This document shows, piece after piece, positions 13,410 through 27,279 of a stretch of DNA of 64,000 bases; the first letter of the stretch is position 1; every line of letters begins with the position of its first letter. The notes beneath the pieces were generated by a model, which was not told where the DNA came from, searched no databases, and saw only the letters and a program-made list of their open reading frames with translations. The position numbers and the translations under genes were made by a program. This stretch comes from Chrysemys picta bellii. Its lineage: Eukaryota. The stretch spans positions 17,360,001 through 17,424,000 of the forward strand of contig NC_088809.1 in assembly GCF_011386835.1 (NCBI RefSeq), read 5' to 3'.

Positions 13410-14130
13410 TTGAGTCTATTCCTGTCTCTGCCACAGAGTTCCTGTGTGATGCTGGGCAAGTCACTTATGCCAAACTTTTCATTGATGATCAGTAATTGTG
13501 TGTTCCTCATTTTTTGGGTACTTTGATCTGAGGGCTTGCAATCTGAGTCAGTGGGAGGCTTGGGAGCTGTGATTTGAATGTATAAAGTGGTGTATAATGC
13601 TATGCACGCTGAAATATCAGGTCACAGGTGCTAAATTTGGGCATCCAGAATTAGTAGATACTTTTGCCCATAATCTCTCTGTGCCATAGTTCCCCATCTG
13701 TAAATTGGGGATAATTATGCCCTCTGTCATTTTTCAGAGGTGTTGTGAAAATAAATAAATATTTGTGAAGCACGCAGGTTCTATGTTGATGAGCATCATA
13801 GAAAAGCCCATGAGGAAATTATTCTATAGAGTAGGATTTGAATAGTGTGCAGTAAACAAGGCATGTGGGACCATACATTAAACAGTGAGGAGAAAACAAA
13901 ATATTGAATAGCTGCTCATTAAGTGAGGATCATCCATTCTGTGTAGTGAATGAGGCAGGAATTGTGGAAAAAATAGTATGTGATAAGGTAATTAAAAACT
14001 GTATCATAATGTACAGGCACAAGGGAGCATAATTAAGGTTGCACAGGCAATCTTATTTCTGGCATTTACTAACTTTTGAGTGCTTGACTTTGCAACCTTA
14101 ATCCCCTTTTAACATAGTTTATTTGTGTGT
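13410..14130 (+). mobile_element. Long CORE-SINE-like repeat with extended 3' region
   Basis: Core GTGTGATGCTGGGCAAGTCACTT and CCCCATCTGTAAATTGGGG, ending in inverted TTAAGGTTGCA...TGCAACCTTAA. Confidence 0.5.
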
Positions 14131-14949
14131 AAATTAATATTTATATTGTAAGTGAGGATTAGGGTCCCATTGTGATAGGTACTACATAGATGTATACAAA
14201 ATCATGAATTTGCCAAGAGGAGCATATATAACGTATTAGAACTTTAAATCCAATTAGTGATCCTCTATTGTGACCTATGGTTGATGATGGATGGCTGTAT
14301 AGTGTTGAAACTTCTAAAGCCTCATTCTGTGGCTTTCTGCAGGTAACTGCATTGGTAAAGATTAAAAACAACAACCCTAAACTCTGCAAGATTCGGTATA
14401 TTACAAAACAGCAGTTCTGAGAGATGGGTTTCTGATATGGTGATCTCAGACTTGAACAGATACCATGCGTTTTTATCATTGCCTCTCTCCCTCTTCCCCT
14501 CTCCTCACAAAGCTTCCACGCCTCTCCTCCCCCACCCCCAAATCACTTCCCTTATCATCCCAATTCTCTCTTCCTCTGGGCCCCTTTCTGTCAATCTGGG
14601 GTTCTGCCAAATTGTGGTTTGTAATGTGAACTTTTACCAAGCGGTGATGGAACCAACAGGAATGAGTGCTGTGTCCTCAAGGTCAAGGGCTGCATAGTGC
14701 TTGACAACATGCTGAGATGTGTAACTTTATTTTATCTGTTGGAAATGAGAAAATTAATTCCCAGTTGACTCAATTTTGTGTGACTAATGTGCCCAGTCCT
14801 GCAGCCCTTACTCATGTGAATATTCTGACTGCGACAGAGTGAAGCCCAGAGAATGGGAGTACTGTGTTAGTGAGGGGAGGACAGACAGACAGACAGAAGA
14901 GGTGCTGTCTTTCCTAGTCTGAGATTGTTGTGTGGGAAACCCATTTCTC

Positions 14950-15260
14950 AAGACTGCTGCTATTTGGTCAAAGCTGAAGTCTTGCCTTGTGAGCTTGGAA
15001 ATGAATAGTTTTCCAATGGACTATTACAGGTGGCGGGGGCCTCACAAGTGCTGTATAGAATGGGGCTGTTCCTTCCCGGCACCATGTCAGGATTAGAGCA
15101 GGATTTTGAGTAGCATTCCTAACAAATCCTTTTCGTCTTCCCTGTGCTAACTGCTCTATGCTCAGAAACAAGATTATCTTGTTGCCTTGGTAGATCATTA
15201 TTTTCCTGCAGCCTTTAAAAGTGTTTTGCTCCCTCAAGTCAGCCAAAACCACTTAAAGGT
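14950..15260 (-). pseudogene. Very old CR1/L2-type RT C-terminal fragment
   Basis: Minus-frame peptide WCREGTAPFYTALVRPP resembles [17 protein letters not shown] of the intact CR1 ORF2 in this window. Confidence 0.45.
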
Positions 15261-18200
15261 GCTATCCAGTTTTTACCAGCCATTATCATGTAGTGACGTT
15301 AATGAACTTCAAGTGCTTTGAGTTAATATAATGCCTAGTAGTAACTGAACCTGATTTTTATACATAAACATTAGAGTGATTGTGCATCTGCTCCAACATG
15401 TTTCCATACTCCAATCAAGTTGCCTCCTTTCGATCTCATAAAATATTGACGCAGGCAGTGCTTGTAATTCGGCTTGCAGTGATAGAATAAAGGTATGACT
15501 TATTCATGTCATGTAGGAGTTCATTCCTTGATGTTGGATGGATTCATTAAAGTCTTAAGACATGGCAGGGTGTGACTTTAATATGTGCTTCTGTTTTACA
15601 GTAGGACCTAGCTGATTTCCACTTATCGCTGGGATTTTCATTGGGAATTACCAAATGAATAAGTCAACAAATAAGAAAATAAAGCTGGTCCATTACCAAA
15701 TGTATGATACATGTAAATGTGTTCTGCTGGATGTTTTAACAAAACTAATAGAGTCTGAGTAACTTGAGACTGTGACATCTGTATTGTTTTATTGACTGCA
15801 TTGTCAGTATTGTCTCATTGTTTCCTTGTGCTCCCGCATCTATCTGGCTCCACCTATTTCTTTTTTTAGGCTTAGATAGCAATCTCTTTGGGACATGGAG
15901 CATCAACTTGTTCTGTGTTTGTACAGCATGTAGTACAATGGAGCCCTGGTCCATGACTAGGGCGCCCAGGTGCTACCACAGTACAAATAATAATAGTAAA
16001 TTGAACCTCAGAGCTTTAAGAACTGCATAGACTCAGGGAATCCAAGGCCAAATCTGAATTTATTAGCCACAAGAGAGCGTATCAGAGACTTTGCTATAGT
16101 ACTCACGCTTTTAAAGGCCTGATCCTGCAGCTGCCATTGACGTGCTGTGCACCAAACTCCTGCTGATGGTAATTCTGTATGTGGTGTGGTCACAGGATCA
16201 GGCTGTAAAACTTTTCTGTAGTGTGGGGAGAACACTGTATCTCTTAGTTTTTATGAATTGCAGAGCATTTGGATTATCTGAGGTTCTTTTATGGCCCGGA
16301 AATTTGAATTATTCTGGATCTCTAGTTCCATTGAAGGGGCTGCTGTTGGTAAATACACAAGCAAAGCAAGTGTGTTCCAAGAATCTGAGTATTCTTAAAA
16401 TAAAATCAGAATAAATACTTCCTTGGCCCAAGCATTTCCCTTCTATTCGATCCTCTCCTTCTTTTTGCTGATATAGTGACCTTTTTCGAAGACACAGTTT
16501 TTATTAACCTAGAAATGCACTGACATTTCTAGATGAGAATGACTCCTAGCAAATATGGGAGCTGAGCTGAGACTCTTTGCAAATCGCCAGCATAATCAAC
16601 TGTGAGAGAAGAGATGGCATCTCCAGAGGAATTTGGTTTTCCTTCAGTGATGTTTCTCTGCAAAAGTGCTTTACTGCAAGTCTGTGAACATGTGTGGACA
16701 GCCCTGTCATAAAGTACAAAATCAGTGTAGGGAGAGATTTAACCAGAGTTAGTTAATGTTCATATTGGTGCCAAATCTCCAGAGACTCCCTGTCCAAATC
16801 ATGAAGGCATTCTCCCTAGCATTGTCTCCTTTGTCTGAGTGTAACTTTCCAAGCAGAAATTCTTGTCAAACTTTCATGAATTATGTAGTTCTTATGCTTT
16901 TGTGGATTCGCTTTACATTCTTGACAGGAGGCAGGTGACCTATTCTAAACCCATCAAATCCATTTTCCTTTCGGACTGTGCATAAGGAAGGCAGTGTTGT
17001 GTAATGGTTAGAGTTCAGGATGGAAAGTCAGAAGTTCAGTATTGAGACAGACATGTCCCAGGTTGGACAGTTCTGATGAAGGAAGACTTGCTTCACTTTT
17101 CTAGTATTATGTAGCATAGAAAGAGGTTATAGAAAGACCACTGTGTGTTTTGCCTCTTAGATCTATAGCCTCTGGTCTTGTTTGTTTCTCTGTCAGGTAT
17201 GTATTTGATGTGATAATGTTGTCCTCATGAGATGTTTGCACCATTGTGTATAGAGTGGAATATACACTAAGTGACCACACAATCGGCTAGATGAAATTGC
17301 TCAGCGAGCAACAATGATCACACAATAAAAACCAGTCAATTGACCAAAGTTCTGGTCACAGGGTAGTCACTTAAATTAAGGTGTTGCCTCTGGTAGGTTT
17401 TCGGACTGAAGTAAACACAGTCTTAAACTATCCTTTACTCCAAGCTACTGTCTCAATTGCAAGGCATGCTAGAATCCTGTTGGGTGCAGTGCCTAATGCA
17501 ATAGAGCCCTGATCCTGATTTGGTCTTAAGGGTATTACTGCAATACAAATAGATTGGGGTTTGGGTGTCTAACTCACTTAGGCCCCTTTATAAATCTTAA
17601 TAATAATAAATGATAACAAGAAGATGCACACGAAAGAAGACTGGAACTCAGCCCACTTGTCTCTGCAAAGCAACTAAAGTTACCTGAGGAAGCTGGAAGC
17701 ATGGAATGTTGCAGCCAAAATCAGGACACTTTACTGTCTGGGACAATTCCCATCGAAGTCAGTGTGAGTTGGATAGGGCCATTATTTTTTCAAGTGGCAG
17801 TCAATAACATAATGTATTCAAGCTCACTGATACATGTCAAGCCAAAAAATCTTTTGATAATTAGGATAGACAGAATTTTTCTCCTGTAGAACTGCTAATT
17901 CTAAGTACAATCTTGCATCTCTGCTGGAAGCCTGTAATTTTTCTAGCCTTTAAAGACCACCTCCCTGAGGGGGAATATGGGAGTCTTAAGTGTTTAGGCA
18001 TAATTAGAATGATACAATTAAATTCCTTAATTTTATTTTTTTTCTTTTGCATTTGATGAGAGTTTTTTAATTACTTTGATTTAAGAGATGGTAGTAACTA
18101 ATTGGATTTCAGGCTAGATCTGTGTAGGCACCAGTGAAGAGAGAGTGGAAACGGGTCTTGTCAAGAAATTAAACATTTAAATATAGTTCTTAATGGGACC

Positions 18201-18481
18201 AGTAAAATCCCCAAGAGCAAATTAAAAACAAAAATCCATTTTAATGTGTTAATTTATTAGCCAACGTCATCTTAACGGGAATGAGAAATATAAATTTGGA
18301 AGTTAGGTGAGCAAATGGTATGGTAGATCATCCCCTGTACTATATGCATGAAAACCGTGCTCCAAAACTGTCCAAGGGACCTGAGCAGAGCAAGTCTCAC
18401 CTCCGCACCCTGAGGCTGTTTTACCTGCTGTTCATCCCCCCTGCACTCTCCTGTGGCTGGTCCACAGAGCCAACTACAGTA

Positions 18482-18685
18482 GGGGAGGCAGTGTAGCCTA
18501 GAGGATAAAGCACCAGACTGGGAGTCAGGGTTCTGTTCCTGGCTCTGTTCCTGGGGGACATTGGGCAACTCACTTCATCTCTCTGTGTCTGTTTCCCCAT
18601 CTGTAAAATGGAGAAAATGATAAGCCTCCTTTGTAAAGCACGTTGAGCAGTGCTATATAGAGCTACATATTATTGTTGTTGTTGC
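18482..18685 (+). mobile_element. tRNA-derived MIR/CORE-like SINE, near full length
   Basis: A box TAGCCTAGAGG, B box GGTTCTGTTCC, core GTTTCCCCATCTGTAAAATGG, (TAT/TGT)n tail. Confidence 0.75.
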
Positions 18686-21069
18686 TGACACCAGCAGAGC
18701 GCTAGATTGTGACCCTGGCTACAGTGTTGTGCAGGGCAGTAAGGGGATATAAGGAGCCCCCTTATTACCCTGTGCAGGCTAGAGTTATTTTGAGTGGCAG
18801 CATTGGGGAAAGAAACTTCTGTTAGGCTGCTTCTCCCCTTTTGAAGCATGTGAGTGGGTGGAGTCTTGGCTCTGTCCCTCCCCATGACGTTGCTTAATGC
18901 AGCTGAGCTGGCATACCAAGGAAAATAATCTGAACCAATTACAGAGTTGGTGCACACTGCATTCCACCCTCTTCCCCATATCACGTCAAAGCTATGGGGA
19001 AACGAGGGAGCAGAATGTGACTCTGAGTTGCAGTCCTGCTCCTGGTCTGCTCTGGGGACAGCGCAACAATGTGCTGCCCCTTATTTGGGGTTTATGGCAA
19101 AGATGCAATCAAGCTCTAAAGGAGTTGGGCCCAGAGCCACAAAGGTATTTAGGCTCCTAACTTCCACTGAATTCCTGTGTGGATCTGGGCCTTACTCGTT
19201 TCGCTCTGGTGAGAGAAGCTCATGTTTTAGTGCTGGAGGTCCCAAATCTGGTTCCTAGTAATGACCCATGACATCAGTCATTGCATCTGCAGGATACCCT
19301 TGGAATGAAACCAAGCATGTTTCTAGTCAGTCTGGGAGAAGTGGAACAGGAGTGGCAGCAGCTGTGTGGCCTTGTCTCTCTATAAAACTGTGACATGGCC
19401 ATAGGAACTTACAGCAGGGTCAGTGCTGCTGCTTTCAAGCTGAACACCCACTTTCGTGCCTTCTCTCCATTTGGCAAGAGGACAGGTGCAGAGGCATGGG
19501 CAAGAATGTATTGATAGAAGGGCTGCACTGAGAGAAGGCCAGACTCTGCCTCACAATGGGCAATATCAGGACATCCTCATGGTTAGAGGGCCAAGCCTGC
19601 ACACCTCATCCTCTCTTCCCACACATTTCCTCTGTGATTTGGCGACGTCTCTTCCTCTTCCATCTCAGGCCAGCTTATGCCCTATCCCTCCTGCTTCTGT
19701 CTGGTTTGCCATATGCACACAATACAAAAAATCTTTCTGCAGATGTTGACGGCCTAGTTCTTTCTCTCCCTGCTGGTCTTTAATGTAACTTGGCTCCCCA
19801 GAATAACCATTGTGCAGAAGGGGGAAGTTGTAAGGAAAATGAGAAATAATGTGGCAAATGGTGCCAAAGTCTCTAATGAGCTGGAGAGGAGCTATGTTTT
19901 TGTTTCCCACCGGAGTACTTGACCTGTATTTCTTCATGGACCTGTGGTGACTGTTACCCCACAGATCCTGCTTTCAGGGTTATTATATTTCTGACTACAT
20001 AACCAACCACTTCTGTGATAATCTTTTTCCTGGGGAGCCAGGTCTCTGTGTGTTGGCTCAGCACAGTACTTCTCACGCTGCCTGTTAATGAGACTCCTGA
20101 CCCAAGATCTGCCATACATTTTACCCTACATATATGCTTCAGGAGCAGCTCCCCCAAAGCCTGGAAAGCCTGTTTAAGGACATTTTCTGGTTCCATTAAC
20201 AGAATAAAAATATTGGGCCAGGTTCCATTGTCCATGCCACTGCCTTTGCACTGTTCTGAATAAACTAAAGGAGCAGCTGCAATGAGAAAGGAGGTGCCAT
20301 TTTTTACAGTCACTTTTCAGAGTAAAATCACTCTGCAAACTCCAGCAAAATCCATTAATCTAAACCTGGAAGGAGCTTGTTTCACAGCAAAGTGAACTCA
20401 GCTGGCCAGGCAAAATAGGTTTAACAAGTAATCACATTAATAGAATGCATGTTTAGTATATATGACCACTAACCAAACTGAGGGAGATGTTTCCCTTGTG
20501 GGCTCACTAGTGCATTAGTTACTTTAACAACAGCCTTGATTATCCATGGTAGGCCTCTCAGTAGAAGTCTCACCTGATTTGCGACAGACCTGACCTCCTT
20601 TTAGCATTGCAAATTGATCATCAGGTGCAGTTTAGGGAACAGAACCTGTTAGTCTTTGCCACAAATTATTTCCTATTAAAAAAAAAATAATAATAATGCT
20701 CATGAGAAAAAATAATACAAAAGAACAGTTATTTTATTATTGTGTTTCCCAGGACCTCAAGCTTTCAACTTTGTTTTTGTTCCTTCCCCAAGATAAGCAG
20801 TAGATTCAGTGTAGGGTTGAATTTGTCTAGAGTAGGGCCCAGAACTCCCCTTGATAACATGTTTTGTATAATTAATAACTTTTTTTAGTTGAGATAAGCC
20901 CTAACAAAAGCCTTGGATCCAAACAAGGAGGAAGGGTAGTCTTGTGTTTAAAGCACAGGACTGGAAACCAGGAGATCTGGGTTTAATTCTTGGCTCTGCC
21001 ACGGACTCCCTGTATAATGTTAAGCAAATCACGTGGTGCCAGATTTTCAAAAGCGCTCAGGGTACTTCC

Positions 21070-21325
21070 TGTTGCCAACTCTTGAAATTTTATTGCAAGC
21101 CACAATATTTGATGTTTTTCTTAAAGTTCCAACTCCTGGACTCATGTGGTTATTTGAAAATCTCCTTTTAGAAAAGAAGTATGTTTCTTGTCTTCCTGGT
21201 TGCAGGAAAAAAAGCTTTGAAAGCATGAACCCTAAAGGTTTAAAATCTGGAAAGCAAATAACAATAAACCCATGTTTATTATTTTTTTAAAAACTCATGA
21301 TTTTTGAAAGCTCAGGGTTACCATA
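21070..21325. mobile_element. Old hAT-like MITE
   Basis: Starts TGTTGCCAACTCTTG and shares internal CTCATGATTTTTG with the deleted copy at 35512-35620; right TIR degenerate. Confidence 0.5.
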
Positions 21326-22959
21326 TCGATTTAGACCCTAAATAAGTGGTGAGATGTTCAAAAATGCTCAGTGTGCTGGGTGTTGACCTCTCAAAAATCA
21401 CTTGAAAAAAACCTTTAAGGTGGAGTTAAGATTGTTGTTACACAACAGGAGTTCTCCCCATATCATTCTGGACCTACTTGTTTAGGTCCCTAAATGGGAA
21501 CTGAGCTCTCTGGAAAATCTGGCCCAAATTGTGGGTGCTGAGCACTTTGGAAATTGAGGCACAGAGATATTAAGGGCAGAATTTCCTAATCTTTTGTTTG
21601 TTTGTTGTGTCCGTTTCTTTATCTGGCTTATCTATTTAGATTGTAGGCTCTTTGGGGCAGCGAGTGTCTCTTCCTATGTAATTGTACAGCCCCTAGCACA
21701 ATGAGCTATGTGTTATTTGGGGCCTTTAGGTGTAGTTGTAATATAAATAATAACAAACTTTGAAATCCTGGGCCAGACTCTTTGATTCCTCTGCTATCAC
21801 CAAGAAAATTAGGAAGCCTAATTTTGTTCATAACTGTGATATGAACAAAAGAAGGGGAGAGAAGCACCAAATGAAATGTAAACTATCAACAAAGTTCTGT
21901 TGGAGCTTCAGGTCTGACCCTGTCAAATCACAGCAGCATTACTCTCTTAGTAATTTGTTGCCACTGGAACCATCAGTTACAGCCACCAAGAGAATAGAGT
22001 GACTGATTTCTCTAAATCCTGATGATGTAGTCTAAGCTGGTGCTGCATGAGCAAACTGAAAAGGGTGATTTCTTTTTTCTCCTCCTGTCTTGCTATTTTA
22101 GTGAACAGGTAATGTTTCTCGCAGCTTCACATTAATTGCTCCTTTCAGCATCTGCTGGTGCACAGAGCGGCAAAATGAATGGTCATTTTCTATTCCCTCT
22201 GATACAGTATTTTCAGAAATATATGATTATCAGAACTAAGTAGATTCATGGAGAGATCCTGGAAGTAGATGTGTGGGCAGTAAATTGCCCACATATATTT
22301 GCCGAGGGTGCCTGAAATTATCTGCTAAACCAGCTGGATGACGAGCATGAAGAAGGAAAGTAAAATGGTTGGAGAAGTGAGAAATAGTGTCTAGTAAATA
22401 TGGGCCAGATCCTGATCCTGTTGAAGTCAATGGCAAAAAGCTCATGGACTTCAATAGCGGCAGGATCAGGTCACTGGGAGTTTGTTAGGAAACATGTGAT
22501 GAGCAGATAATCCCCCTTGTTGTCTTTAACAAGGACTGGATTTACTTAGCTGTTCTGAAGTGTGAAGAAATGCCTGTTTTTCCTATAGAAAAGGAACATA
22601 ACTTGCTCCTGCTCCCACTGATATCACTGGAGAGTTTTAATCTTGATTTCAATGCAAAGATCAGCTGCATCACAGACATTCTACATTTAGGTATAAAAGG
22701 CAGGAGGGGTCCTTTATTCAGAAGACCTATCTCTAGGGTTTCTGGTATAGATGGCATCTGTAGACTTTGAGTCGATGCAAGCGCCCTGGTGTTAAATCCA
22801 GTTTTCCATTCCTCTGTAGATTACAAACTGAAAGACTGGGTATACAAAATATATGGTGCAAATTACCACTCCAGCTTTACATTTCACTCCCCATCCCTGT
22901 TTATTAGCATGTTCAGTTAGCATGTGGAGCTATCAATGGAGCTGTGGGTCTCAGAAATA

Positions 22960-23260
22960 TACCTGAGGACTGGTAGTCACAACTCCTGCTTTCTATTCCC
23001 TGTTGATGTGTGACCTTATGGCCTGATTTTCAAAGGTGCAAATCACCTACATTTTCCATTAACCTCAGGGCGAGCTGGGGTTCAACAGCACCTCTGAAGC
23101 TCAGGCCATGAATCTCTCTGTGCCTCAGTCTCCTCATCTGTGAAATCAGAATAATGATAGCTACTTCCCAGGGACAACATAATGCTTGTAAAGGGCTTTG
23201 AGTTCCTGGATAAAAGGTGTAATAGGAGAAAAAAGGATGATTGAACAGCACTTCATAGAG
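22960..23260 (+). mobile_element. MIR/CORE-like SINE interrupted by a short palindromic element
   Basis: GATGTGTGACCTTAT | GGCCTGATTTTCAAAGG...GAAGCTCAGGCC | ATGAATCTCTCTGTGCCTCAGTCTCCTCATCTG. Confidence 0.6.
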
Positions 23261-23776
23261 CAATTTTCATCTTCAAAGCCTAATGCAAACCTCTACTACT
23301 CATCCTGTCCATTTATGATTAACATGAGATAATTTATTGGACCAGTTTGTAGGGTATGAATGGACATGGGTTTTAAAATCAGGTGCTTTCTCTTTCTTTC
23401 TTTCTTATTTTGATTGGAACACCCACTAAAACAGCACCTCTTCATAACCTGTAGAAGACCTTGACATAACTTTAAAAATACAGAAGAACTAACACCCAAA
23501 CTTAACTAAACAGTAGCAGTGCAATTCAGTATAGCTAAGCCCCTTCATTTTCAGTTTAAACCAATTTTTACCGAAAAATTCCCAGGTTTTACAAAAAGTA
23601 TTATTCATTTTTTTCTGATTTTCACCCTACTTTTGTATTATTCTAATATAAAAAAATTACTTGTTTTATTAGGAAAATACAGTACATTGCATGAGATATA
23701 CATAGAAAGATAATACATTAGTCTGCATGTATATGCAAAGCTACCTGTTGAAAGAAGGCTATGTATTAGTCTAGAA

Positions 23777-24109
23777 CAGTTTTTCCCAAACTTGGGACGC
23801 CGCTTGTGTAGGGAAAGCCCCTGGCGGGCCGGGCCGGTTTGTTTACCTGCCCCGTCCACAGGTCCGGCCGATCGCGGCTCCCACTGGCTGCGGTTCGCTG
23901 CTCCAGGCCAATGGGAGCTGCTGGAAGCGGTGGCCAGTATGTCCCTCGGCCCACGCCGCTTTCAGCAGTTCCCATTGGCCTGGAGCAGCGAACCGCAGCC
24001 AGTGGGAGCCGCGATCGGCCGGACCTGTGGACACGGCAGGTAAACAAACCGGCCCGGCCCGCCAGGGGCTATCCCTACACAAGCGGCATCCCAAGTTTGG
24101 GAAACACTG
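23777..24109. mobile_element. Young palindromic hAT MITE nested in the older hAT
   Basis: TIRs CAGTTTTTCCCAAACTTGGG / CCCAAGTTTGGGAAACACTG; 8 bp TSD GTCTAGAA / GTCTGGAA; ~150 bp inverted arms; CpG-rich. Confidence 0.9.
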
Positions 24110-24252
24110 GTCTGGAAGATGCACACAATAAACAAACAGGAGCGCACACACGCTTCAGCGTGCGCATCTGAACGTACTGATGAATCTCATGCCCGCCACA
24201 TACACATTTCAAGCTGTTAGCAGATAACCGTTTACAGATTTGACACACTAAA

Positions 24253-24381
24253 ATGGGAAGAAAATGAAAATCTGTATCCGAATATGTTCCAGAACACAAG
24301 GAAGGATTATAAAAAACAAAAGCAGAAGAGGATGAAATTGAGTGTATGCGCTGCAAATGGTGTGGCCCAATTATTAAAGGT
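24253..24381 (+). pseudogene. Transposase N-terminus / zinc-finger-like remnant with 2 stops
   Basis: One frame reads MGRK*KSVSEYVPEHKEGL*KTKAEEDEIECMRCKWCGPIIKG; the CxxC motif sits near the start of a TSD-bounded hAT element. Confidence 0.55.
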
Positions 24382-25684
24382 AAATATTTATAGGCTAATA
24401 GCTCTAAGTTTACAACAGTAAATTGTTTTTTCAAATGAAAAGTTTTATTTGGGGATTAGAGATATGTTTTCTTAAACTCAGAGGTGGCATTGTGTTTTCA
24501 GTTCGGTTTTAGTTCTGCAGCAAACCAAATTTATGAATGGAGTTCAAAGCATTAATCTACTGAATACTTTTTCCCCTGTCTTTCCGTCCACCAAAATAAA
24601 CCCTGATGTTTACCCAGAAAAATTATTAATAGTTTTTTGCACTGATTTTCACCTGTTTTTGTTGTTGTGGTAATAAACACTGATAAATTCCTGGGAAAAA
24701 TTAAATAAAATAAAAACTGAAAATCAAGAGCGCTAAGTATAGCCCACTACCAGCAAACTTAACCACTCAGGCTGTCAAATAACCCCTCTCTCCCCCATTT
24801 TCAAATGCCTGAGAAAAATACATAATTTTTATACATCCAGTGCAAATTGTGCTACCACATTTGCAATATATCAGAGGACACAGGAGCCCTATATATCAGC
24901 TTTAACAATTCATAGGCAAGGAGGGATTACAATGCTGCTTCCAGCTCCAAGTTGTGATCATGCTATAAACGGCTTTCATAATTTAGTGCAGCAACAGAAC
25001 TCCATAATGGTATCATAGATGGAATAAATAATCAGCATCTCAGAAATACATGGCTGTGTTCAATCACATTTTCCCCCTAGTGATATAAAATCACCAGGTT
25101 GAAGCTAGAGTGATCCAGACATAGGAGATCAGATTAGAGCCCCCTAATTTAGAGCTCTCCTGTCTTTTTAAAAAATAAACTCTCATTTGATGTTATTTAT
25201 TGCTATGACATTTTTAATGCTCTCTTCCCTTGCACTCCCATCTTTGCTTTTGTTCTTTCCTTCCATTCTTTTCTTCCTTTCCCCTCCATTTTTCTTCCTC
25301 TCATTCACCAAATGCTGTCAAAGAAGCTTGATCCCAAGGAATCTCTGCCATTGGAATGTGCCAGTAGTTGGACAGAGACAGCTCTTGTTGCAGTGAAGTT
25401 CCTGTGGGAGGCTTTGTCCATACTGAGCAGAAGGGTGAGGGTGCAGTGGAAAATAACAAACACCGGGGCTGATCCTAATAAGTGCTGAGTGTTCTCAATA
25501 CTGCAGTTGAGAAAGCCCAGCCACTCTTAGAAGGAGCTTGGCATCTTGCAGGATCAGTGCTAGAATACACAACAGATTGCATGACTGTATCTTCCACAGG
25601 AAATCTTAACCCTAAAAAGATGATTGGGACTTTTTTGTGTGTGGCTAGTGGCGATGAAGGCACAGAAGTCAGATGGGTTTCCAT

Positions 25685-25990
25685 CATTGTTATGATATGT
25701 ATTATAGTAGTATCTGGAGGCTTAAATTGAGCTATGGCCCCATTGTGCTAGGTGCTGTACACCTGTCAGGTAAAATAGAGTCCATGCCCCAAAGAACTTA
25801 CAGTGTAAAGACAGGACAGGTGAAGAGTGTGAGAGAGGATGTTATCCCCATTTTATAGATGAAGTACAGAGGCACAAAGAGATTAAGTAACTTGCCCAAA
25901 GTCACACAAGAAGGCTGTGGCAGAGTCGGGAATTTACCCTAGATTTCCTAAGTTCCAGTCCAGTGCCTTAACCACAAGATCATTCTCCCC
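25685..25990 (-). mobile_element. MIR/CORE-like SINE with L2-like tail
   Basis: CCCCATTTTATAGATG...AAGTAACTTGCCCAAAGTCACACA...GTGGCAGAG. Confidence 0.7.
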
Positions 25991-27279
25991 CTTTAAAGTG
26001 CTGTTAATATAGGAGGAAGTGAAAAGATTCAGTCTCTCTCCCCCCTTGCTCTCTCAAGGGGAAAAAATGAGATCAAATCTTGCAATTGTCAACCATGCAG
26101 AACTCCCATTGAGTAATAAATAACTTGCAGCTTCTTCTTGGAGCGATGGCCCCTATTGTATTCCACTGTGGGTTACCCATGTGCACCATGCGTCCAGAGT
26201 CAGATAATTTGAAAGTAGTGTGCAGCATTTATATAACATCTTATCATCATCAATAGATCTCAAAGCAGGCAAGTACTGTCATCTTCATTTTACAGGTAGA
26301 GGAAATGGACATGCAAAGAGGTTAATATGATTTGGCCACTGTCATACAGCTAGTGAGTGTCAGAACAGGGGAAAGAACCCAGTTGTGGTGTGCATTATCG
26401 ACAGAGGTCATTGCAAGTTTTGAATGTGTAAAGACCAGGTAATTACTGCAAGTTTTGACTAATGGATAATAAAAAGGGAAATTACAGAAAAAATCAAAAC
26501 ACTGGAACAGATTTAATAACTGGGAAGAATAATTCTGAAGCATTTTAGAATATTAACTAATGGCTGAATGCATTTACTTAACATAATGAAGTCGGTCGCT
26601 GTGTTTTTTTAATCAAACAGATGGGTAAAAGATTATGAACAAAAATGAGATCTGAATACAATGAATGCATTTAATTACTGAAAAAGACAAGAAGAGGGTT
26701 TTTTTTTTTTTAAACTCAAGGAGTGAGCTAAAGGATTTTTCTACATTGTACCTTCAGAAAGTCTTAAATATTTTTTTCCTTAAATCCAGATTATTACTGG
26801 TTTCTGGGTGTTTTGGCACAAATGTTGGATCCATGTCTGAAGTTAGCAGGATATCTGACACAATGCAAGGAAAGCTTATTTGGTTAGTGATGTCTGAATG
26901 GCCAAAAGAATATGAGGGAAGCTGTTCTTTGTAGCTGAAAGCTGTGACCAATGGACTCCTTTGTGTTGTGTTGAATTTCTCAAGGGCAAAAATTGTTGCT
27001 GAGAGTAAAATTTAGCACACATACAGTGCTCTTAGCCACTTTTGTGAAACATACTGGGATCTATGGATTACATATAATTTCTATTTTATAGATGGGAAAA
27101 CTGAGGCAGTGACTCATCTGAGTAAATCGGTAATAAGGAATACACTCCATAGTCCAATGCCATATCCCTTGAACCATGCCTTATTAAATTAGCTTCTCTC
27201 CTAGTGTTATGAACCACATCTATACAATATGTTTCTACTCCAGCTTTTTATTGTGAGATGTGATTTTGATCTACATACC

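Larger units (their letters stand above)
23536..24735 (+). mobile_element. Internally deleted hAT transposon with transposase N-terminal remnant
   Basis: Exact 8 bp TSD AGTATAGC (23528-23535, 24736-24743); imperfect TIRs TAAGCCCTTCATTTTCAGTTT / AAACTGAAAATCAAGAGCGCTA; subterminal AAAAATTCCCAGG / CCTGGGAAAAATT. Confidence 0.8.

Noticed and set aside
10202-14393. Putative spliced gene from 10202-10314, 10572-10640 and 14341-14393
   Set aside because: CAG|GTAACT at 14340 can be read as donor or acceptor, no protein was recognised, and the downstream partner exon proved transposon-derived. A vague tropomodulin/LRR resemblance is probably chance.
18482-18560. tRNA gene
   Set aside because: Degenerate A/B boxes continue into a SINE core with no cloverleaf; the same applies to the other SINE heads.
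23766-24171. Mirror-image ORFs on both strands
   Set aside because: Produced by the GC-rich palindromic MITE.
24238-24379. Host-gene exon FDTLKWEENENLYPNMFQ...AQLLK
   Set aside because: It lies inside a TSD-bounded hAT element, and another frame reads as a transposase N-terminus. Kept only as a possible exonisation case.
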